Part shown: piece after piece, positions 10,468-19,615 of the stretch
Layout of the letters: every line of letters starts with the position of its first letter
Numbering within the stretch: position 1 is the first letter of the stretch
DNA from: a cyanobacterium endosymbiont of Braarudosphaera bigelowii
GTDB lineage: Bacteria > Cyanobacteriota > Cyanobacteriia > Cyanobacteriales > Microcystaceae
Assembly: GCF_020885515.1 (NCBI RefSeq)
Contig: NZ_AP024987.1
Location: 150,001 to 182,000, forward strand
Direction of reading: 5' to 3'
Length of the DNA stretch: 32,000 nt
The notes under the pieces: model-generated
Database searches by the model: none
What the model saw: only the letters and a program-made list of their open reading frames with translations
Told to the model about the DNA's origin: nothing
Program-made: the position numbers and the translations under genes

Positions 10468-10867
10468 GAGATATTTTAAATATATTCAAACTGCTTAATT
10501 GTAACAAAATGAAGATAAAAATTTACAAAGATCTAATTATAATAAGACATTAAGTTATTAAAATATTACAATAGAATAATATATCTAATTTTGAAAAAAT
10601 TACTGTGAATCAATAAACTATTAAAGTTTTTTATGATTAGATATATAGTTTCTAGCGTTTTTTACATAAACTATTTAAATTACTAATATAAATACTCACA
10701 AAAAAAACAATAGAGAATATTAAGTTAAACTAACTTGAACTTAAGTAAAAAAAATAGTCAAAAAAAGTAATAATCAACATTTAAAGATTTCTTTTTTTAT
10801 CAAGAGTTCAGATAATTTTACGCTCTCTAAATATTAATTAATGTCAAGTCAATCTATCATTTCTCCA

Positions 10868-10909
10868 TTTTCAAAGTACTATTTTTTATAATAAATAGTA
10901 CTTTGAAAA
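10868..10909. promoter_or_regulatory. Perfect inverted repeat immediately upstream of the sulfur-carrier gene
   Basis: 17-bp perfect arms TTTTCAAAGTACTATTT / AAATAGTACTTTGAAAA with an 8-nt loop, ending 27 nt before the ATG at 10937. Confidence 0.55.
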
Positions 10910-10936
10910 TTATTCACACAACCAGACTATTTTCTT

Positions 10937-11212
10937 ATGAATGTAAAAATATTGATTCCTACTTCCCTTCAACGATATACAAATAACCAGGCTACTCTAG
11001 AATATAGCGTTGATACAATTGATAAGTTAATAAGCAGCATTGAAACAAATTTTCCCGAAATAAAAAGTCATTTAACTGATGATACTGGTAAACTTCATCG
11101 TTTTTTAAATTTTTACTTGAATAATGAAGATATACGATTTCTCGATAATACGAAAACTAAGTTAAAAGATGGAGACGAGGTAAGTATTATTTCGGCGATT
11201 GCTGGAGGTTAA
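10937..11212 (+). CDS. ThiS/MoaD-family ubiquitin-like sulfur-carrier protein
   Basis: 91 aa ending in 'GDEVSIISAIAGG', with a C-terminal Gly-Gly and beta-grasp-like spacing. Confidence 0.85.
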   Translation: MNVKILIPTSLQRYTNNQATLEYSVDTIDKLISSIETNFPEIKSHLTDDTGKLHRFLNFYLNNEDIRFLDNTKTKLKDGDEVSIISAIAGG

Positions 11213-11484
11213 AAGTCAAAATATGTGCACAATATAATTGTATCTACATTTAGGTATAGACCATATATATTAAAATTATAATATTCAAGTCATATATCAT
11301 AATTATTGAGTACTTAATATATAACTCTATAACGTTTTCTCAATATGATACTCTTGCTTATTTCATATAATATTCTGTGTAATGAAAAAATTGCTTCTAA
11401 CAAAAGAAATCATTATTCCTTTTAAAAGTCCTTAGTTTAGTGTAAAACTAAAAACTAGTATCAGGTTATTTATAGATATTAGTA

Positions 11485-11518
11485 GAGACATATTATGAAT
11501 TTGTAATATGTCTCTATT
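11485..11518 (+). terminator. Inverted repeat, possible terminator between the sulfur-carrier gene and recN
   Basis: Perfect 13-bp arms TAGAGACATATTA / TAATATGTCTCTA with an 8-nt loop. The T tail is weak. Confidence 0.4.
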
Positions 11519-11628
11519 AATTGAGCTCTTAATATAAAAATAGAAATTTTAATGTACTTTAAAGCTTGATTGATAGTTAATATATTTTAATTATCTTCTA
11601 GACTTTATGATTTAATACAATTTTATTC

Positions 11629-13389
11629 ATGCTTTCTTTATTGCAGATTAAAAACTTTGCCTTAATTGATAACTTAACTGTTGCATTCAACAGTGGTTTA
11701 AATGTTTTAACAGGAGAAACTGGTACTGGAAAATCTATAATTTTAGACGCAATTGATATTGTTTTGGGAGGAAGGATTAATCAACGTTTAATTCGCATAA
11801 AAACACAACATGTTTTTATAGAAGCGACATTTGAAACTAATAAATTGGTTTTGAGCTTATTACAAGAACACAAAATCAATTGTTACAAGGATAAAAAAAT
11901 AATATTTTCTAGAGAATTTTTTTTATATGGAAAAGCTATTAGATCACGTTTTCGTATTAATGGAACTTTAGTTAAATCACAGTTAATCAAGCAATTACGT
12001 CATCTTTTAATAGAAATAACTGCTCAGGATAGAACTTCACAGCTAATAGATTCTATTAGACAAAGAGAGTTACTAGATTTATATGGGCGTAACTTTATAT
12101 TGCGAGAAAAAGAATTAGTAAAATTTAATTATGAAAATGTTCAAGTTTTAGAAAAAAAACTCAATAAGAATAAGATTTTCCGAACAGAATATTTAAAACA
12201 TTTAACTTTATTAAAGAATCAATTTAAAGAACTAAAAGAAATTCAATTAGTTGATAAAGATGAATTGGAATCTCTACAGAAAGAGTATGATCGTCATTCC
12301 CATTCTGCAGAACTAAGAAAACTTAGTTATCAGATCTTTAAGTTGCTTTATCAAAGCGAGAATGAAATACCCGCAGTTATAGATTGTTTGAGTATAATAG
12401 AAGCTTTATTTTTGAAAATGATGGAGTATGATAAAAGTGTTCAGCCTTTAATAGAAATGTTAAGGTCTATATCAATTCAAGTTATTGATATAGGAGAAGA
12501 AATCAATAGATATGGATATAGGTTAGATACTGATCCTCAAGCTTTAGAAGAATTAGAAAATAAAATTCATCTCATGAAACAGTTTTGTCGAAAATATAAT
12601 ATAAGTTCTACTGATCTTATTGATCACCATAAAAAAATTACTTTAGAACTAAATAACTTAGAAAATTATGATAGATCTATAGAACATTTGGAAAAAGAAC
12701 TGCTTCTTTCTAAAAAACAGTTATTAGATAGTTGCCAAAAATTAACCATGCTTCGTAAAAAAGCTGCAAAAAAATTAGAAAAAAAGCTAATTGAAGAATT
12801 AAAGTCTTTGTCAATGGAAAAAGTAGTTTTCATATGTAAAGTAAGTCCTTCTTTTATTAGTATTCATGGAAATGATCAAGTAGATTTTTACTTTAGTCCT
12901 AATGAAGGAGAAAAAATACAACTTTTATCCCGCACTGCATCAGGTGGTGAAATGAGCCGCTTTTCATTAGCATTAAAGGCTTGTTTTATGAAATCTGAAG
13001 AATCTACAAAGTCATTAATATTTGATGAAATAGATACTGGCGTGTCTGGGAGAATAGCACAAGTAATTGCTGAAAAACTTTATAATTTAAGTACTAATCA
13101 TCAGGTTCTATGTGTTACTCATCAACCACTAGTTGCAGCAATGGCTATAAGTCATTTGCATGTAGAAAAATATATTATTCAAGAAGAGTTAATAACTAAA
13201 AATCAAGATAGCACGATATCAAAAGTATTAGAGCCTAGAACGGTTGTAAGAATTAGAAACCTGAATAATATTCATGATAGAAAACAGGAATTAGCTAAAT
13301 TAACAGGAGGTAATTCTTCAGAAGATGCAATGGAATTTATTGAATCATTACTAATACAAGCTAATTTTTATCGTTCTAGTAAACAATAA
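11629..13389 (+). CDS. recN: DNA repair protein RecN
   Basis: 'MLSLLQIKNFALIDNLTVAFNSGLNVLTGETGTGKSIILDAIDIVLGG', 'ASGGEMSRFSLALK', 'LIFDEIDTGVSGRIAQVIAEKL' and 'QVLCVTHQP'. Confidence 0.96.
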   Translation: MLSLLQIKNFALIDNLTVAFNSGLNVLTGETGTGKSIILDAIDIVLGGRINQRLIRIKTQHVFIEATFETNKLVLSLLQEHKINCYKDKKIIFSREFFLYGKAIRSRFRINGTLVKSQLIKQLRHLLIEITAQDRTSQLIDSIRQRELLDLYGRNFILREKELVKFNYENVQVLEKKLNKNKIFRTEYLKHLTLLKNQFKELKEIQLVDKDELESLQKEYDRHSHSAELRKLSYQIFKLLYQSENEIPAVIDCLSIIEALFLKMMEYDKSVQPLIEMLRSISIQVIDIGEEINRYGYRLDTDPQALEELENKIHLMKQFCRKYNISSTDLIDHHKKITLELNNLENYDRSIEHLEKELLLSKKQLLDSCQKLTMLRKKAAKKLEKKLIEELKSLSMEKVVFICKVSPSFISIHGNDQVDFYFSPNEGEKIQLLSRTASGGEMSRFSLALKACFMKSEESTKSLIFDEIDTGVSGRIAQVIAEKLYNLSTNHQVLCVTHQPLVAAMAISHLHVEKYIIQEELITKNQDSTISKVLEPRTVVRIRNLNNIHDRKQELAKLTGGNSSEDAMEFIESLLIQANFYRSSKQ

Positions 13390-13505
13390 ATTTTAATTAA
13401 TTTGTAGTATTTTAGCTAAAAGGGATTATCATAGCTATGTTTATATCAATTATTTCGAACATATTCTTACTTTAAATATACAAAATTAATACATTAAGCC
13501 ATAAA

Positions 13506-14636
13506 ATGGTCAATGAAAATATAGACTATTCTGATCATCCTCTAGCAGAATATATTTATCGTTTAGAAAATAACGATACTCTCCTTAACGATTCACCATT
13601 GAATGTTATTGAAGTTGTGGGAATACTAAAAAGTTACGGAATTATCCTAGACTCGTATTCTCGAAATTTAAACTATATTGCACATCATGAGTTTTTAAAT
13701 TTTTTTCCACTCTTTAAATATTTTAATGGGGAAATATCTATTAAAAAAATATTTAGACATTTAAAGCATCAGCGCATTAATTACGAATATGCAGAGTACT
13801 GCGTAAGAACTATGATGTGGCATGGTGGTGGGAATTTAGAAACTTATTTAGATGGTGAAGAGTTTACAAAAAATATAAATAATTTAATCTCAACTAAATT
13901 TAAATATAATTTATTAATTAAAATTGTTCATAAAATTTTTCCTGAATTTTTAATGGAACAAATGAGAATGATGGCCTATTACAGATGTTTAGGCCAATTC
14001 TGGAAAGAAATGTCTCACATTTTTTCATGTCTTTCAGACCGTTATGATAAATGTGAAATCCAAACTATTCCTGATATTGTTGAACATATTCTAGATAGTC
14101 TAAAGAAAAAAGCACATGAATCTATTTTTTATGAAGTTGAAGAAAGAAAACAAAAGTTCAAAATCATACCCAAGCTAGTACGTTTGGAATTGTTTCAGGA
14201 TGTTGTTATTCCTTATGCAGAATCTATTTTCTTTCGAGGAACACCATTTCCAGGTATTGTTTCTTATAATGCTCAAGAATATCAAATTCCTTCAGATAAA
14301 TCTTCTTTTACATATGGAATATTATATGCAGATCCTCTTCCAACAGGTGGAGCAGGAATTCCTCCAACTTTATTGATGAAAGATATTAGTTATTATATTC
14401 CCGAATATCTCCATAGCATCTATGCTCAAACTATTCGCCAAGAGGATGATCTGTTAGTACAAATCTGTAAAAGTTTTCAAAAATCTATGTTTTGTGTAAC
14501 GACAGCCGCAATTAAGGGCTTGGCACCGTATTCGTTGAATACAACTAATTTTGAAGAAAAGAAACAAAATCGAATTCACCTAAAAAAATGGATGAATCGT
14601 TTTCAATATTCACAGATTTCAATTATTAATGATTAG
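13506..14636 (+). CDS. CO2 hydration protein, ChpX/ChpY (CupA/CupB) family
   Basis: 376 aa; 'MMWHGGGNLETYLDGEEF', 'MAYYRCLGQFWKEMS', 'YGILYADPLPTGGAGIPPTLLMKDI' are typical of the family. Confidence 0.88.
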   Translation: MVNENIDYSDHPLAEYIYRLENNDTLLNDSPLNVIEVVGILKSYGIILDSYSRNLNYIAHHEFLNFFPLFKYFNGEISIKKIFRHLKHQRINYEYAEYCVRTMMWHGGGNLETYLDGEEFTKNINNLISTKFKYNLLIKIVHKIFPEFLMEQMRMMAYYRCLGQFWKEMSHIFSCLSDRYDKCEIQTIPDIVEHILDSLKKKAHESIFYEVEERKQKFKIIPKLVRLELFQDVVIPYAESIFFRGTPFPGIVSYNAQEYQIPSDKSSFTYGILYADPLPTGGAGIPPTLLMKDISYYIPEYLHSIYAQTIRQEDDLLVQICKSFQKSMFCVTTAAIKGLAPYSLNTTNFEEKKQNRIHLKKWMNRFQYSQISIIND

Positions 14637-14804
14637 TAAAATGATTATTTCATATTTATTTTAAAAAACAAGATGATTTTGATTATATTTTTACGTATTC
14701 AATCAAAAACTTCACATTTTAATAAAAATAATTAAAATTAAGGCTTTATTATTTGAAGCAAAACATTTAATATAGAAAGTAGAGTTACTACAAAATTTGT
14801 CATT

Positions 14805-15059
14805 ATGAATATTGCAAATATTATCAGCGCATTTTCTTGGGATACACTTTTAGCAGCGTTAACTTATTTAACTTTGAGCATTTCATATCTTTTAATAGTG
14901 CCAGGCTTAATTTATATTTACCTTAAGAGTCGCTGGTATGTAGCAAGCTCAATTGAAAGGACCTTTATGTATTCTTTAATGTTTTTCTTTTTCCCAGGTG
15001 TACTTCTCTTAAGTCCTTTCTTAAACTTTCGTCCAAAACGTCGCCAATTAAATGTATAA
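14805..15059 (+). CDS. ndhL: NAD(P)H-quinone oxidoreductase subunit L
   Basis: 'LKSRWYVASSIERTFMYSLMFFFFPGVLLLSPFLNFRPKRR' is a characteristic NdhL sequence. Confidence 0.92.
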   Translation: MNIANIISAFSWDTLLAALTYLTLSISYLLIVPGLIYIYLKSRWYVASSIERTFMYSLMFFFFPGVLLLSPFLNFRPKRRQLNV

Positions 15060-15088
15060 AGTTAAGAGCACATATATTTTAAATTACT

Positions 15089-15376
15089 ATGAAACGAATT
15101 GATGTGATTATTATTAGCCTGTGTATTTTTGCTGGAGGAGGCTTTATTTACATTGCTTTTAGATTAATAGGTCTTGATCATTTATCTGCCGGAATATGGA
15201 GTCAAGTGCTTTTTATCTTAGGTCTATTAGGTTGGACATCAACCTACTTGTTTAGGGTAGCTAATAAAAACATGACTTATAATCAGCAATTAAAAAACTA
15301 TGAAGATGCTGTGCTTCAAAAATATATCGAAGAAATGACCCCTGAAGAGCTTAAGGAATTAGAAAGAGAAATTTAA
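15089..15376 (+). CDS. DUF3007 family protein
   Basis: 'IDVIIISLCIFAGGGFIYIAFRLIGLDHLSAGIWSQVLF' and 'NMTYNQQLKNYEDAVLQKYIEEMTPEEL', immediately downstream of ndhL as in other cyanobacteria. Confidence 0.88.
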   Translation: MKRIDVIIISLCIFAGGGFIYIAFRLIGLDHLSAGIWSQVLFILGLLGWTSTYLFRVANKNMTYNQQLKNYEDAVLQKYIEEMTPEELKELEREI

Positions 15377-15377
15377 A

Positions 15378-15569
15378 ATGAGTAAATTTTTTTCAAGGAA
15401 TCCTAGAGTTAGGGCGTTTAATTTTTTTGATATTAAAGATTACAATATTATACGAAAGTTAAAATTTTATATTTTCAATAGACACAATTATAGATTTATT
15501 ATCGATAACACTCATATGAGAAGAATATTGAGAAGCCTAGATGTTAGAATACATAGATTTAGATTATAA
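15378..15569 (+). CDS. Hypothetical small basic protein or chance ORF
   Basis: 63-aa ORF starting 1 nt after the DUF3007 stop codon and rich in Arg/Phe. No recognised family. Confidence 0.25.
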   Translation: MSKFFSRNPRVRAFNFFDIKDYNIIRKLKFYIFNRHNYRFIIDNTHMRRILRSLDVRIHRFRL

Positions 15570-15994
15570 TTTCGTCTCTTACTGAAAGTTAAGTTTGTAA
15601 GTATTTTGAAAACTATAGAAGTTTATCTTTTAATCTTATCTAAACTATCTTCTTTATAACAAAATAGTTTTGTTCTCTTAGTAATTAATTACTTTAATTT
15701 TAAAGTCTTATTAAGAATATTTGCATGTTACTACAATATTCTTGAGTTACTCAAAACATATCATAATAAAGATTTTAAAATGTATTTATATAATTTATTT
15801 AAGACTGTATACTCCACACATAAAAATTATTATATTAATTGCAATATTAATATATCATTAGTTTTATAATATATTTTTTAAAGTTATCTATAATATTTTC
15901 TAATTAACCAGATATCAATTAGTGAAGAAATTATAATTTAACAAACAATAGTTTCACTGTTAAAACGAAATACATAATAATATTTTAGAAATAA

Positions 15995-16948
15995 ATGGAT
16001 TATAAAGATTACTATAGAATTCTTGAGGTCAGTAAAAGTGCGAATGAGAATGAAATTAAAAAAGCTTTCCGTAAACTGGCTGTAAAGTACCATCCTGACA
16101 GGAATCCTGGTAATAAAAAAGCTGAAGAACATTTTAAAGAAATTAGCGAAGCTTATGAAGTATTGTCCGATACTGAACAACGGAAACAATATGATCAATC
16201 CAATAAATCTTATACACATACAAATTATTCTTACAATCAAAATAATATCAAGAATAATAAAAAATGTACTAATACTAATAACTTTGACTTAAGTAAATAT
16301 AGGAGTTTTGAAGAGTTTATAAGCGATTTATTCGGTTATACCTCAACTCATAAAACTTCTAAAACTGAATTTAACAATCGATCTTCAGGTAATGTTGAAT
16401 ATGAAGGTACCTCATCAAAACAAGAGACAACATTACATCTGACATATTCGGAGGGTTTTTACGGTACACAAAAACGAGTTAATTTAGGTAACAAAATTAT
16501 TAATGTCCGTATTCCTTCAGGCGCCAAAAATGGTAGCCGCATCAAAGTTAGGCAAAAAAGTATTAATAACCCTCAGAATAAACATGAAGAAGATTTTTAT
16601 CTTAATATTAAGCTAACTCCTCATCCTTTTTTTAGCTTTGAATCAGACAGTCTTACTTGTGAAATACCTATTACTTTTGATGAAGCTATACTAGGCACGA
16701 ATATAGATGTACCGACACCAGATGGGATAGTAACTGTTAAAGTTCCTGCTGGTATTCGAAATGGTACATTCATGAGACTTCGTGGGAAAGGTTGGATTCA
16801 CCCCAAAAACAATAGAGGAGATCAATTGGTAAAAATAACAATTGATACTCCTCAAAATGTAAATAATGTTGAGAAGGACTATTATAAAAAGATCTTTGAT
16901 AATAGAAATTATGACCCTAGAGATGATATAAAAAATATCAAATTATAA
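15995..16948 (+). CDS. DnaJ/Hsp40 co-chaperone, CbpA-like (no zinc finger)
   Basis: J domain '[36 protein letters not shown]' with HPD, plus a DnaJ C-terminal domain. No CxxCxGxG repeats. Confidence 0.92.
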   Translation: MDYKDYYRILEVSKSANENEIKKAFRKLAVKYHPDRNPGNKKAEEHFKEISEAYEVLSDTEQRKQYDQSNKSYTHTNYSYNQNNIKNNKKCTNTNNFDLSKYRSFEEFISDLFGYTSTHKTSKTEFNNRSSGNVEYEGTSSKQETTLHLTYSEGFYGTQKRVNLGNKIINVRIPSGAKNGSRIKVRQKSINNPQNKHEEDFYLNIKLTPHPFFSFESDSLTCEIPITFDEAILGTNIDVPTPDGIVTVKVPAGIRNGTFMRLRGKGWIHPKNNRGDQLVKITIDTPQNVNNVEKDYYKKIFDNRNYDPRDDIKNIKL

Positions 16949-16982
16949 ATATTACTAAAGTATATTCTCATGATTTATTATC

Positions 16983-17026
16983 TAGTTTTTAGAAAAACTA
17001 TATATTTAAAGTTTTTCTAAAAGCTA
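16983..17026 (+). terminator. Inverted repeat downstream of the dnaJ-like gene
   Basis: TAGTTTTTAGAAAAACT / AGTTTTTCTAAAAGCTA, 16 of 17 Watson-Crick pairs plus one G-T, with a 10-nt loop. Confidence 0.45.
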
Positions 17027-17051
17027 AATAATATTTGATTGTACCTATCTA

Positions 17052-17125
<74 letters not shown>

Positions 17126-17176
17126 TCGCATTTATAATGATAACACTAAACTGTGTAAAATAGCAATTTTTTTTAA

Positions 17177-18130
17177 TTAAACCATTGTCAACTCTCCAAT
17201 AACCTCCAAACGCTTATATTTAGTTAAAAGAGTGAATGTTTCTGATAATATCTCAGCTACAGCTGGATTAATCCATCCCATCTGTCGTAACAAATGAATA
17301 GCGACTGTGTATTTAGCTCTTTCGGATCCATCAAGAGCTTTAATAGCAAGTCCCATACCTTGTCCCACTTGCCCAACACATTGAATGCCTTCTGCACCTG
17401 TTTTACTAACTAATTGTCCTTCTGTTAAATGCATCAGTTCTGTATCAAAGCTTTTAGATCCAGCTACCATAGCAGGGTAATAGGTCATAGCTCTTAGAAT
17501 TCTTTCTAAATCAAGATTATTACCTGAAGTTAATTGAGCATATAAATGGGCCATTTGTGATAATTTCATGGAATAGGTGGGAACTCCACAGTCATCATGA
17601 GCACCAATTAATTCCTCCCCTGGTATTTTTAATAGTTCCCCAATTTTTTTTAAAATTAATTGTTGTATAGGAGATGTTCGTTTTAAATAAGTGTTTAGTG
17701 ACCAATTCCTTTGCTTACAAACAGCTAGCATGCCTGCATGTTTTCCTGAGCAATTATGATATAAAGAGCTACTGCGCCCTTCAGGTATTGGACATTGTAA
17801 ACAAATAGGATCAATATCTGTTTGCCATAGTATATTAAATACTTGCCGTACTTGCTCAATTCTACCTTGGTGAGAACTGCAAATAATAGCTAAATCCTTA
17901 TCTTTTAGTCGGTATCTTTCCAGTGTTCCTGTTCCCATTACTGCCATAGCTTGAAATGGTTGAAGTGAAGAGCGAACGAAAGCTGTAGTTTCTGCATTAC
18001 CAGCGACTAAAAGAGTACGTCCACGGTCATCACAAACAGTAGCTTCTACAAAATGAGTAGATTCAATTATTCCTTCTCGAAGTAAATTAACTTCTATCTT
18101 GGGCGCTGAATATCTTTTTGCTCTAGTCAT
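17177..18130 (-). CDS. L-asparaginase family protein
   Basis: 'CSSHQGRIEQVRQVFNILW', 'CSGKHAGMLAVC', 'GAHDDCGVPTYSMKLSQMAHLYAQL' and 'LVSKTGAEGIQCVG' match the asparaginase II family. Confidence 0.9.
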   Translation of the reverse strand: MTRAKRYSAPKIEVNLLREGIIESTHFVEATVCDDRGRTLLVAGNAETTAFVRSSLQPFQAMAVMGTGTLERYRLKDKDLAIICSSHQGRIEQVRQVFNILWQTDIDPICLQCPIPEGRSSSLYHNCSGKHAGMLAVCKQRNWSLNTYLKRTSPIQQLILKKIGELLKIPGEELIGAHDDCGVPTYSMKLSQMAHLYAQLTSGNNLDLERILRAMTYYPAMVAGSKSFDTELMHLTEGQLVSKTGAEGIQCVGQVGQGMGLAIKALDGSERAKYTVAIHLLRQMGWINPAVAEILSETFTLLTKYKRLEVIGELTMV

Positions 18131-18329
18131 GAGAAATTAAATGTACAAAGCAAGAACTATAGTATTTTTTAGAGTATCTACAACAATTAATTATACTTAG
18201 AAAATGTTGGTATTTTTATAGAAGCTAATTTCAATAATTTGTATAAAGTTCGTACTTTTAGCAGTCTATGTTAATGTCCTCTATCGTAAAAATATAACGT
18301 TTCTATAGGTAGTATCTTTAAGCTATTTT

Positions 18330-18839
18330 CTAAGCTGTTGAAAAATAAAGCCATATCATGGTGTGAACAAACATTACAAGGCTTAATAGACTAATTGTAT
18401 TAATCAGTCTATTTACTATAGGGTTGACTTGATAAGACATTATTAAACGATCACGTATAACCATTTCTGAAGGTTTTATCCAAGTTTGTCCATCATACCA
18501 TCCTGATTCTTCATAAAAAATCGTTTTCTTTTTCAGGCGTCCTTTAATATGATACCAACCAGAAGTTAACTGCAATAAAATTAAAATCAGAAGAACTCCT
18601 GCTCCTAAGTCACTTGATACTACAAATAATAGTAAAGACTGATCAGGAGGAAAACTAGCTGCGGCAAGGGGACTAGAAAGAAGCCATCCAATACTCCATA
18701 TAATAATAATATTGCGTAAGAATAAATATTTTTCAGAAGTCGCCAAACAAAAGAACCAAGATGTCTTTAACTCTTCATACTCATTAATGGGCTGCTGCTC
18801 AGATGGAACAGGACAAACCTTGATAAATTGTCTTCTCAT
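18330..18839 (-). CDS. CGLD27-like conserved green-lineage membrane protein
   Basis: 'CPVPSEQQPINEYEELKTSWFF', two hydrophobic helices, and 'YEESGWYDGQTWIKPSEMVIRDRLIMSYQV'. Confidence 0.82.
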   Translation of the reverse strand: MRRQFIKVCPVPSEQQPINEYEELKTSWFFCLATSEKYLFLRNIIIIWSIGWLLSSPLAAASFPPDQSLLLFVVSSDLGAGVLLILILLQLTSGWYHIKGRLKKKTIFYEESGWYDGQTWIKPSEMVIRDRLIMSYQVNPIVNRLINTISLLSLVMFVHTMIWLYFSTA

Positions 18840-19222
18840 GGTTCAATGATTCCCAAGGATGAAAGTTCTAATTTTTTAGCATTGTTCCAAAAAGCTTCTA
18901 AATTATAAAATTCTCGCTCCTCAGGTAAGAAAATGTGAGTAATTACATCTCCAAAATCCTGCAAAATCCAATTACTGTTTTTTTTCCCTTCTGAGTGTCT
19001 AGGAGCTTGACTATATTCTTGATAGACTTTTTCTTCGATTGTTTGAGCTATAGCTTTTAGTTGAGTGGTTGAAAAACCCGTTACAATAACGAAATAATCG
19101 GCTAGGTAGCATATTTCTGTAACTTCTAAGATTAGAATATCACTCGCTTTCCTATCGCTAGCGGCTAGTGCTACGGTCTTTGCAAGTTTTTGGTTTAGAT
19201 AGCTTTTTGTGTCTTCAATCAC
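18836..19222 (-). CDS. rsfS: Ribosome silencing factor RsfS
   Basis: 'DILILEVTEICYLADYFVIVTGFSTTQLKAIAQTIEEKV' and 'WILQDFGDVITHIFLPEEREFYNLEAFW'. It overlaps the CGLD27-like gene by 4 nt. Confidence 0.94.
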   Translation of the reverse strand: MIEDTKSYLNQKLAKTVALAASDRKASDILILEVTEICYLADYFVIVTGFSTTQLKAIAQTIEEKVYQEYSQAPRHSEGKKNSNWILQDFGDVITHIFLPEEREFYNLEAFWNNAKKLELSSLGIIEP

Positions 19223-19615
19223 TGTTAAACCATTAAATAATTTTCGATAATGTTATTAGAGCTAATTACCTATCACGCATAAATTATATTGTACAGATTT
19301 TTGTAAAAAATAACTAATTCAATATAAACTAATTTTATATCGATAATACAAAGTTTTATACAATAAAATCAAATACAACTCATATCTATCCATAATGCAT
19401 ATTTCATTTTTTATTTTATGTTTAGAACCATGTCCATTATTGTTTATAATTCTTAAAATATACACTAAGCATAAAGTAACTGTGTTTTAGTAACTCTCTA
19501 AAATTCTACAATATAAAGCTATTTTTCTATATTCATGATTACTTTTCTAACTAAATGATTTATTTTCAAGAAAATCTATAAATTAGAAAAAATATTAGTT
19601 ATGAATCTTTTAGAT

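Noticed and set aside
15938-16240. 100-aa minus-strand ORF
   Set aside because: It is antisense to the J-domain of the clear dnaJ-like gene. Low-complexity hydrophobic translation is typical of a shadow ORF.
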